Assembly: GCF_039654945.1 (NCBI RefSeq) | Contig: NW_027361711.1 | Span: 682,001-746,000 of the forward strand | Reading direction: 5' to 3' | DNA: 64,000 bases | From: Dendrobates tinctorius | Lineage: Eukaryota | Shown: one piece after another, positions 54,111-64,000 of the stretch | Position numbering within the stretch: position 1 is the first letter of the stretch | Layout of the letters: the number at the start of each line of letters is the position of its first letter | Program-made: the position numbers and the translations under genes | Notes under the pieces: model-generated | Told to the model about the DNA's origin: nothing | Databases searched by the model: none | The model's input: the letters and a program-made list of their open reading frames with translations, nothing else

Positions 54111-55664
54111 TAGATTCCTTGATAGGGCGATGATCCAGGGAACTAGTCTGATTGCCGTATGTGGAGTCGGGAAGGAATTTTTTTCCCCAATGTGGAGCTT
54201 AGTGTTTGCCACATGGGTTTTTTTTGCCTTCCTCTGAATTAACATGTTAGGCTATGGGTTGAACTAGATGGACTTAAAGTCTCCCTGCAACCTTAAATAC
54301 TATGTTACTCTGTAGCAAAGGCTATTTTTATTTCTTATTACGCAGTCAATGCAAAATCACTTCAGGTCTACTTCCATATATAATACATAATTTCTACATG
54401 TCTAGTAGGTCTGCAAGTGAGATCGTTTAATTAGAGGCTTGGCATAGCTGCAGTAGTAGATGACAAGGTTTCATGTCTCAAAGCATTCTACAAAACGTAT
54501 ACTCCAACATATGCCACATCAATCACACAAATTGTGCTGTGGCATCTACTATTACTGCAAATAAATGAAACACCGAAGACTGAAAGTGAGGGAAAGTAGC
54601 AGAAAACACAGGCTTCAGTATCCAAGCAATGCATTTACCAGGTTTCATTTATTGTAGCTTTCTATTTAATTTTGACAATCAGAAATAATACAAATGTCAA
54701 CGGTAAAGAGTAACAGTCATTTTAATTTTTATACCACAAATCAATAATACTTAATAAAATAAGCAACGTTACAATTTATCTTATCAGACAAATCTGCTTG
54801 TTTCTCCTCCTAGACTGATCTTTCATTTTTCAAAATTCTCAATTGAAAGATAAAATCTGTATTCAGTGAAGACAGACTTTATTATTGAGATAGAATTGGG
54901 AAGTTTTAGCCGATTTCTTTGATATTACAAAGTTTTCTATTTTCATGTCTATTATTGATTAATGAAAAAAAATAGATGACGGTTACTCTTTAAAGAGATT
55001 ATCTTATAGACCGGTGGGGATCTGACTGCTGTGACCGCACCAATAGTGGAATTTTTAGACCTGCAGTGGAGTTTGCATGCCTGACACCATTCATTTTGCC
55101 AAGTGCTGCCCCACAGGAAATGATTGGAATCCATATTCCAGTATACTACATTCTAACGAGGAATAACATGCCCCGTTCTGTCAATCGGCGTGGGTCACAC
55201 TGCTCAATAAGGGACTGCTTATCTTGTGTATAGTTGAGATCTAATTTTCACTGGACAACTCCTTTAAAGTGAAACCAGTAAAACAGAAGTATGTATGTAT
55301 AATGGTAATCAATAGGTCGTGCTGGGAAATACCAGCAGCTGTCTTTGAAATCACAACCTCCCTGAAATCCTGTGTTATACATTTGATATACTGCAGTATA
55401 ATGATTTATATGAAATTCCTCTGATCTGATAATGCTTGATCTGAGTTATTGGAACAGACCGCTCATACTTGCAGCATTTCAGGTAAAGGATATGCTGCAA
55501 TGTGGAATCTTGTTACAAAGGATTTATTGAAGGCACAGATTAAATAAAGCCTGATGAGCTGAAACATTCACTTTGATGACAGTGAAAACTGAGCAAGCAG
55601 AATAGTATAAGATACAGTTTCTCATTTTTCTATTGCAGTGGCTGGCGCATGCTATAGTATTGTA

Positions 55665-55838
55665 AAGGGATGGACATACCACTGGTGCAACCTGGGCAGC
55701 CGCATGGGGTCCAAGAGGTAAGGGGGCCACTTCTACCTCCAAAGCAGGTGGAATGGAGCATTATGAGGAGCTATTAGACTGCAAGGGGCCCATATGCTCT
55801 CCTTGCACAGGGCCCTCTTCCATCTGTGTCCGTTCCTG
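55665..55838. mobile_element. short hAT-type MITE
   Basis: TIR-like ends and 8-bp TSD gtattgta/gtatagta. Confidence 0.7.
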
Positions 55839-56667
55839 GTATAGTATAAGATATGGGAACAGTCGTAATCTTAAAGTACGCACCATAATTACAACAGTAG
55901 CATCTGTAAGCCTTCGATCCCTCTACACTGGTATATTTTGGCCAGTTTTCCACATCACCATTATGTGTAGGCCAAAGCTGTTGGAAAGTTATTCTTACGC
56001 TACTAAATTACCACTGTATGGAGCTTCTAAAATCTCATATCACAGAAAAGTAAATGCTGTGAGCCCCCTTTCATTGTGTGGGTGTGTCCCTCTTATCTCT
56101 ATAGTTTTAAACATTGAGATTTATTATTTTCCCCTTGTCAGCTTTGTCAAGTACATGGCCGCATTGCAAACACTATATTTTAAATGATTAATCAGAAAAT
56201 ATGGCAAAGTAGTAAAATGTGTAATCATTTAGTGGCAGATTTCCAGGGGTCTTAATCTTTTAATGAACCACTCCTTCCCTTGATAGAACAGTAATTGCCA
56301 GTTGTCTCGCAGCAGTCATTTCATCAAACTGGCACAAAGACTCGCGGGACGGCACACGGCATTCCCAAAGTGATCAGAGTAATGCCATGGAAGACAACAG
56401 TGCCTGAATAAACTGGGAATCTCAGCCCCTAGAAGAAGTAACTATTCTTCAACCATCTTCTCATTTACTGACAGTGATAATATCACATTGTCATCTCCTG
56501 TATATTTCTGGCCATACAACATCTAGTAAGGCAGTTCAAAGTCAGTGGGTGGAGGGGGCTAAAATGAAGCTTCAGATATTAAGGGGTTAATTTATGTTTA
56601 TGCCATCACTTGTTGAGTACTAGGGAGACCCCTATCATGGGGATTAATGTATACTGTGGCATACCCA

Positions 56668-58487
56668 TCTAATATATAAAGCTCAATGTGTGTGTGTGTA
56701 TGTCTGGGATTGGCATCCGCACCGTCGCAGCTACAGCCACAAAATTTTGCACAGTCACACGTCTGGACCCCGAGATTGTCCTAAGCTATGTTGTTAGGCG
56801 AAATTTTAACCCCACGCGCTCCAATTCACCAAACAATTTTGCCCCTATGTACATAATGGGGAAAAAAGTGTATGTATGTGTGTAGGTCCGGGATTGGCAT
56901 CTGCACCGTCGCAGCTACAGCCACAAAATTTTGCACAGTCACACGTCTGGACCCCGGGAGCGTCATAGGCTATGTTGTGAGGCGAAATTTTAACCCCACG
57001 CGTTCCAATTCACCAAACAATTTTGCCTATTATTCTTATCATTTCTTTGGTGTTATCATCCTTGTGTAAAGCTGGAAATAACACAATTTATTACCGTGCC
57101 AACACAGACCACCCTCTGACACAGACTGCAGGGGGAGCCCAGTATCACACAGGATAGGATTAGATACACGGCTCAGCAGTCAGTATCACACAGGATAGGA
57201 TTAGATACACAGCTCAGCAGTCAGTATCACACAGGAGAGGATTAGACACATGGCTCAGCAGTCAGTATCACACAGGATAGGAATAGATACACAGCTCAGC
57301 AGTCAGTATCACACAGGACAGGATTAGATACACAGCTCAGCAGACAGTATCACACAGGATAGGAATAGATACACGGCTGAGCAGTCAGTATCACACAGGA
57401 TAGGATTAGATACACAGCTCAGTACACAGTATCACACAGGATAGGATTAGATACACGGCTCAGCAGTCAGTATCACACAGGAGAGGATTAGATACATGGT
57501 TGAAGTCATTAACACGATAGGATTCGGTACACGGCTCAGCAGTCAGTATCACACAGGATAGGATTAGATACACGGTTGAGCAGCCAGTAACACACATGAT
57601 AGGATTAGGTACACGGCTCAGCAGTCAGTATCACACAGGATAGGGTTAGATACACGGCTCAGCAGACAATATCACACAGGATAGGATAAGATACACTGCT
57701 CAGCAGTCAGTATCACACAGGATAGGATTAGATACACGGCTCAGCAGTCAGTATCACACAGGATAGGATTAGATACACAGCTCAGCAGTCAGTATCACAC
57801 AGGATAGGATTAGATACACAACTCAGCAGTCAGTATCACACAGGATAGGATTAGATACACAGCTCAGCACACAGTATAACACAGAATAGTATTAGATACA
57901 CGGCTCAGCAGACAGTATCACACAGAAAAGGATTAGATACACGGCTCTGCAGTCAGTATCACACAGGATAGGATTAGATACACGGCTCAGCAGACAGTAT
58001 CACAGCATAGGATTAGATACACGGCTGAGCAGTCAGTAACACACATGATAGGATTAGGTACACGGCTCAGCAGTCAGAATCACACGATAGGGTTAGATAC
58101 ATGGCTCAGCAGACGATATCACACAGGATTTTAGATACACTGCTCATCAGTAAGTATCACACAGGATAGGATCAGATACACGGCTGAGCAGTCAGTAACA
58201 CACAATAGGATTAGATACACAGCTCAGCAGAAAGTATCACACAGGAGAGGATTGGGTACACAGCTCAGCAGACATTATCACACAGGATAGGGTTAGATAC
58301 ACAGATACACATGTTGTTTATCAAATACTATCAATACTTGGGTAATCGTTTAGTTAACTTGTGTTGCAAATCTGTAGTGTTGAATATATGATGTGAAATG
58401 TTTTTAAGTGCAATATAATCATTATAATTTGTTATAACTAACCACAGTTGGTTACTATGCCCAGGCAACGCCGGGCTCTTCAGCTAG
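56668..58487 (+). mobile_element. non-autonomous Helitron, copy 2 (internally deleted)
   Basis: Same A|TCTAATATATAAAGC 5' end and hairpin-CTAG|T 3' end as copy 1; lacks ~50350-50740 and most of the helicase remnant. Confidence 0.92.
57140..58302 (+). repeat. 41-bp tandem array (~28 units)
   Basis: Same unit as 50845-51494. Confidence 0.95.
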
Positions 58488-58723
58488 TATGTTTATAATG
58501 ACAAAAAGGTGCTAAAAAGTCTCCTTTTGGCACGCGCTTGCCATATAGCAGCTGGAAACAGTGTTGGATGAATGGACCAAATAGGGATAAGGCATATCTG
58601 AAGCATAATAGCAATGTAGTATTAGATGATATATTGCGCCAAACCCAAATTGTGAAGTGCAGCCAGACAGGTTTAAATGGATATAAACGTTAACATTGTA
58701 TACAATTAAACAATAGAGACAAC

Positions 58724-58815
58724 TTTACCTGTTAGGACAGCAGATAGAGGTCCACCCACGTGGGGAGGGGGGTACATACGTGGGTGGACCTCTATCTGCT
58801 GTCCTAAGAGGTAAA
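58724..58815. repeat. near-perfect 38-bp inverted repeat with 16-nt G-rich loop
   Basis: Arms 58724-58761 and 58778-58815 pair at 37/38 positions. Confidence 0.9.
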
Positions 58816-60684
58816 TTTGGTCCATTCATCCCATGCATGCCCCATTTGCTTGCCTCAGTGCTGCTATGGTCATTTTGACTCAATTTTTCCCCCTGTTTTC
58901 TTGTTCCTGTACACATTACAATAAAGATTTAATTTTATCTTTTGTAATATTGAGTCTTTTGGACTTTTTTGATCGCTTTATTTCTCATTCTGTGGTAACT
59001 TCTATCATTTTCATCCGTGTACACCTAGTTGAGGCAGCAAGACGGAGATGACTTTATATATTTTTAGGTCGTATGACTATATGGAAGCCACAATCTACTT
59101 ATTTTTGTCCTTTTAAAAATAGATGGAAATCAACATTTTTGAAAAAGAAATGTATACACTAATCCAATTAAATATCCCTACTGTACAATGTTCATACCAT
59201 GGGTTCTCACATTCCTAGTTTTAAAAGCATTTTTGATATACTGCCAATCTTTACGTGACCTAAGGCAATGAATGGAGGGCTATCACCTACACATGACTGC
59301 CATTAAGCCATAACGGAGGAGCTCTATTATTAACACGGCTCTTGTAGAAAGCTGACAGAATAGACTGATGGCTTAACAGTTGCAAAGATGTTATCGGACA
59401 GGTGTAGGGTACCAAAGATTTTCTTTTGTCTGATTACTTTTGTGGAATTCAACCTGAAGCACCATTTCACCTGCTGTGTATCAAATTCTAGGTGGCTGAA
59501 ACTCAAAGCAAGGTCTTTGTATACATTTCAGTTGAAAACTTCTGTTAGGCATCTGCTAATTAACTTGTGATAGAGATTACCATCACAGTAGATAGTCCAA
59601 TGAAGCTGGAAACAAACATAATTACTATAAAGCAATTTTCTCAAAATCGACGGAAAAATGTCCTTTCTTGTTTACCGAGGAGATTAGACAATGAAGACAA
59701 GACGTGATTATTCTCTTATCGGCAGCACATACAGAGTATACTAATGAACAGGAATCGGTAAACTTAGTGAAACTTGAAACACAAATGAATGTTTTTAAAC
59801 TTACTTAATTTTAAACAATGTTATTTCAGTATGAATCCTGATTACTTAAAGCTCTAGAGGATAAAAAACGAGGACTTCAGCCAAAGGCCTGCCTTAGGCA
59901 GGAGCTGCAGGGGCTCTTTTATTTTCTCATATGTCATTAAACATGATGCATAAGGTTTATTAGTCCAGTCAACTTCCAACATCTTGATTGAAGGGCATAA
60001 TATAAAAGAAAAGAGAATGAAGGAAAATGACAAATTTTAGCCACTGGCTTGCCCTTAGGTATGAGCTGAAATGTCAATTTTTACCTTTTCTAAATTACTA
60101 TAGACCCTACCTGTTGGTGACGCTCCAGAATACCAATAACCTTTTCATAAAAATAGAATGGTTGAGAAACCATAAAGCTTAATGGCAGGGGAGTAATTAT
60201 ATTGGTGCAGAGGATTCAGTCACACCCATGTCCAAAAAGTTCCTTTGGTTCATACTAGAAAACCAATTCTATGAAAAACATGTGATAGTTGGGGGGCTCA
60301 ATGGTTAGGCCATTTGAAAGTATTCTTAAACTTTTTAAGGGCTCATGCAGACAACGATGCAACACAGTCCGATCACAGACTGCAATTCATGGAATGACCA
60401 TGGATCTCCTGACATGAGCATAACAGCTTCATATATTTCTATGAGGTCACACTTGGGTCGGAAGACCTGTGGCCAGTCCATTCAGGTTTGTTTGTAGTCT
60501 TCTTGAATACAAATAGGAATCTGCAGCATAAAAGTAGATTTTTTTGTTATCAAGAAAATTTGCTTCATGTCTTATTTGATATCCATTGGAATAATACAAA
60601 GTTAATAAAGCCTTTAAGATGGTAATAAATAAAATAGTAATTGAAAATAATTTTATCTCTTTGAGAAATGTTAAAATTAAATTA

Positions 60685-61293
60685 CCGTATATACTCGTGT
60701 ATAAGCCGAGTTTTTCAGCACATTTTTGTGTGCTGAAAACGCCCCCCCACGGCTTATACATGAGGCCTTGTCCAAAAAGCTGGCGGAGGGGGGGAGCGGC
60801 GGAGCAGCAGCCGGCGGCTGCGGTTGTAACTGTGTCGCTGCTAAAGAGAAATGAATATTAATTTCTTTTATAGTAGTGACAGCTGCAGCCGGCAGCTTCC
60901 AGAAGACATCAAACTCACCCTCTTCGCGCCGTTGCTGCATCTCCATTGTTCCCGGCACCAGCAGCTTTTCCTGTGCTGAGGATCACATGGCACCTCTCAT
61001 TAAGGTAATGAAAATGCACGCGTCTCCACTCCCATAGGCGCGCATATTCATTACCGTAATGAGCGGTGCCACATGAGCGCTCAAGCACAGGAAGTGCTGC
61101 TTTTTTTGAAGGTGGGGGGGAGCCATGCTTACAACATGAGACCGAGGGAGCCCATGCATTCAATGATGGACCGGGGGAGCCATGCATACAACAACGGGAC
61201 CAGGTGAGCCATGCATAACAGGACAGGGACAGGGGAAGCCACGCATACTTGGACAGGGATGAGGGGACAATGCATACCAGGCTTATACTCAAG
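60685..61293. mobile_element. Tc1/mariner (Tc2/pogo-like) non-autonomous element cut by the CR1
   Basis: TA|CCGTATATACTCGTGTATAAGCCGAG TIR; internal GGCTTATACTC motif; short repeats. Confidence 0.65.
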
Positions 61294-64000
61294 TCATAGA
61301 ATCATAGAATCGTAGAGTTGGAAGGGACCTCCTGGGCCATCTGGTCCAACCCCCTGCTCAAAGCAGGATTTGCTAAATCATCCCAGACAGATGTCTGTCC
61401 AGCCTCTGTTTGAAGACTTCTACTGAAGGAGAACTCACCACCTCTCATGGCAGCCTGTTCCACTCATTGATCACTCTGTCAAAAAGTTTTTTCTAATATC
61501 TAATCTGTGTCTCCTCCCATTCAGTTTCATCCCATTGCTTCTAGTCTTTCCTTGTGCAAATGAGAATAAAAATGATCCTTCTACAATGTGACAGCCCTTG
61601 AGATATTTGTAGACAGCTATTAAGTCTCCTCTCAGTCTTCTCTTCTGCAAGCTAAACATTCCCAAATCCTGCAACCTTTCCTCATAAGACAGGGTTTGCA
61701 GACCGGTCACCATTCTGGTCGCTCTTTTCTGAACTTGGTCCAGTTTGTTGATGTCTTTTTTAAAATGTGGCACCCAAAACTGGACACAGTATTCCAGATG
61801 AGGTCTGACCAAAGAGGAGTAGAGGGCAATAATGACTTCACGTGATCTAGACTGTATGCTTCTGTTTATACATCCTAGAATTGCATTTGCCTTTTTTGCT
61901 GCTGCATCACACTGTTGACTCATATTCAGTATGTGATCAATTAGTATACCAAAGTCTTTTTCACATGTGCTGTTGCTTAGCCCCATTCCTCCCATTTTGT
62001 ATATGCTTTTTCATTTTTATTGCCAAGATGTAGTACTTTGCATTTTTCCCTGTTAAAAACCATTCTGTTAGTTGCTGCCCACTTCTCCAGTTTATTTAAA
62101 TCTTTTTGAATCCTCTCTCTTCTCTAGTATTAGCTATCCCTCCTAGCTTTGTGTCATCAGCAAATTTAATCAGTTTACCCTCAATTTCTTCATCTAAATC
62201 ATTGATAAAGATGTTGAACAATACAAGGCCCAGGACAGAGCCCTGTGGTACCCCACTTGAGACATTCTTCCAACTGGATGTGCAGCCATTTACAACCACT
62301 CTTTGGGTCTGATCACTAAGCCAGTTAAGAATCCACCTAACAGTTGCCTTGTCCATTCCATACTTAGTCATTTTTTCAATAAGGATTGTATGAGAGACTT
62401 TGTCAAATGCTTTGCTGAAGTCAAGATATACTATATCTACAGCATTTCCTTGATCCACCCAATCAGTGATACCGTCATAGAAGGAAATTAAGTCAGTCTG
62501 ACATGACTTATTAGTTACAAAGCCATGCTGACTCTGTTTAATCACTTCATTCTTGTCCAGGTACTTACATACATGTTGTTTAATAATTTGTTCAAAGATC
62601 TTTCCTGGTATAGAAGTCAAACTCACCGGCCTATAGTTCCCTGGGTCCACCTTCTTTCCCTTTTTGAAGATAGGAACAACATTTGCTCTTCTCCAGTCTT
62701 CTGGGACTTTTCCTGTTCTCCAAGAATTTTCAAAGATTATGGAGAGGGGTTCAAAAATTTCTTCTGCTATCTCCTTCAGAACTCTGGGGTGTAATTCATC
62801 TGGACCTGGAGACTTGAATTCATTTAGGTTAGCTAAGTGTTTCCTCACTAACTTTCTGTTTATAGATATCCTGGATTCTTCTATTCCATTAATATTCCCA
62901 ACAAATGTCAGGATAGTTGAAATCTCCCATGACAACTATGTCATATATTTTGGAGAACTTGGCCAGTTGATGCATAAAGAGTTCATCCATATCTTCAGCC
63001 TGCACAGGTGGCCTGTAGTAAATGCCTACAATGGTGTCCTTTCCATTGTTCTGTCCTTGTATTCTTACCCAAACAGTTTCCACAGAACTCCCAGTCTCTG
63101 AAGCTTCAATCTCTGTGCAAATATACGCATTTCTAACATACAATGCGACACCTCCTCCTCGTTTATCAAGTCTGTTTCTAGCAAATAAGTTGTATCCTTC
63201 TATCCTTGTATTCCAATCATGTGTATCGTCCCACCAAGTTTCAGTGATTCCAATGACATCATATTTCTTTTCCTGCGTTAGTAGTTCCAATTCTCCTTGT
63301 TTGTTGCCCATGCTTTGTGCATTAGTATAGAAACATTTTAGTTTGTGATTGGTGTCTCTTTCTCCAATATTTTTATTTAGATTCTTTTGTCTTTGTTCTT
63401 CCTTTCCACTTCTAATAGCAGAGTTCTCAATAGCATTTGTCAGGTGTATGGCTTTTTCTGGCCTTTTGCTTCCCTTCCCACAATGTTCTAGTTTAAAGCT
63501 CTCCTGATGAGTGTAGCAAGGCAACTTCCAAATACATGTTTTCCAGTCTTCGTAAGGTGCACCCCATCTCTAGCAAGTAGTCCATTGTATAGGTAAATCA
63601 CTCCGTGATCCAGAAATCCAAATCCTTGCTGACGGCACCACTGACGTAGCCAGTTGTTTACCTGCAGAATCTTATTCCACCTCCTTGTTCCATGGCCACC
63701 CACTGGGAGGATGGAAGAGAAGACCACCTGCGCTCCCAGTTCTTTCACTTTCTTACCTAAGTTTTCAAAGTCATTGCAGATGGTTTCCAGGTCGTTTCTT
63801 GCTGTGTCATTTGTCCCCACATGTATTAGCAGGAATGGGTAGTCATCAGTAGGCCTGAAGAGTCCTGATATCCTGTCCGACACATCTTTATTTTTTGCAC
63901 CTGGAAGACAGCACATTTCTCTTGAGGTTATATCTGGTTTGCAGATAGCGGCCTCTGTTCCTCTCAACAGGGAATCCCCCATTACCACCACTCTCCGTTT
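61294..64000 (-). mobile_element. CR1 LINE (ORF1 esterase; ORF2 APE endonuclease and RT; internally deleted and frameshifted)
   Basis: ORF1 SGNH motifs GDS, HVGTND, DGVH (63488-63991); APE YTNAQS, GITETWW, GDFN (62889-63524); [19 protein letters not shown] (62096-62935); (ATTCTATG)n 3' tail. Confidence 0.95.

Larger units (their letters stand above)
52080..54312 (+). mobile_element. CR1 LINE 3' fragment interrupted by a solo LTR and an L2
   Basis: ELERVQRRGTKVI; FFTVRAVRLWNSLP..FKKGLDAFL; the 3' UTR resumes at 54111. Confidence 0.82.

Noticed and set aside
55545-55575. TAAAGC-CTGATGA-GCT-GAAA-CAT-TC-ACTTTG hammerhead-like match
   Set aside because: Stem II is only 3 nt and cannot form, stem III is not palindromic, and there is no surrounding fold-back element; it may be chance.
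55753-56187. 144-aa ORF
   Set aside because: It begins inside a hAT MITE and shows no motif or coding-like composition.
50845-58302. 41-bp arrays as CRISPR arrays
   Set aside because: The units are contiguous with no unique spacers, there are no cas genes, the context is eukaryotic, and they lie inside Helitrons.

Overview
This is AT-rich, repeat-dense vertebrate genomic DNA. The repeat repertoire suggests an anuran (frog); this is inferred, not proven. I found no host protein-coding exon, rRNA, tRNA or CRISPR array, so the window looks intronic or intergenic. Most listed ORFs are spurious, and the real ones are transposon relics. The retroelement relics are L2, CR1, L1, Rex1/Babar and RTE LINE fragments, a V-SINE and several TG...CA solo LTRs. 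The DNA-transposon relics are at least six Tc1/mariner remnants, many MITEs (TTAA Kolobok/T2-type, TWA Harbinger-type, 8-bp-TSD hAT-type) and two non-autonomous Helitrons. Both Helitrons carry a 41-bp satellite array, and one still carries the C-terminus of the RepHel Pif1 helicase. The most interesting signal is a set of short, non-coding, fold-back elements that share no obvious sequence except minimal type-I hammerhead ribozyme motifs (18.6, 20.4-20.8, 40.0 and probably 44.6 kb). One has a 13-14 bp TSD and two divergent U3-A8 covariant cores. Two have one arm ending in or just after the ribozyme core. They look like non-autonomous Penelope-like (PLE) or retrozyme-type elements. All alignments were made by eye and no database searches were run.
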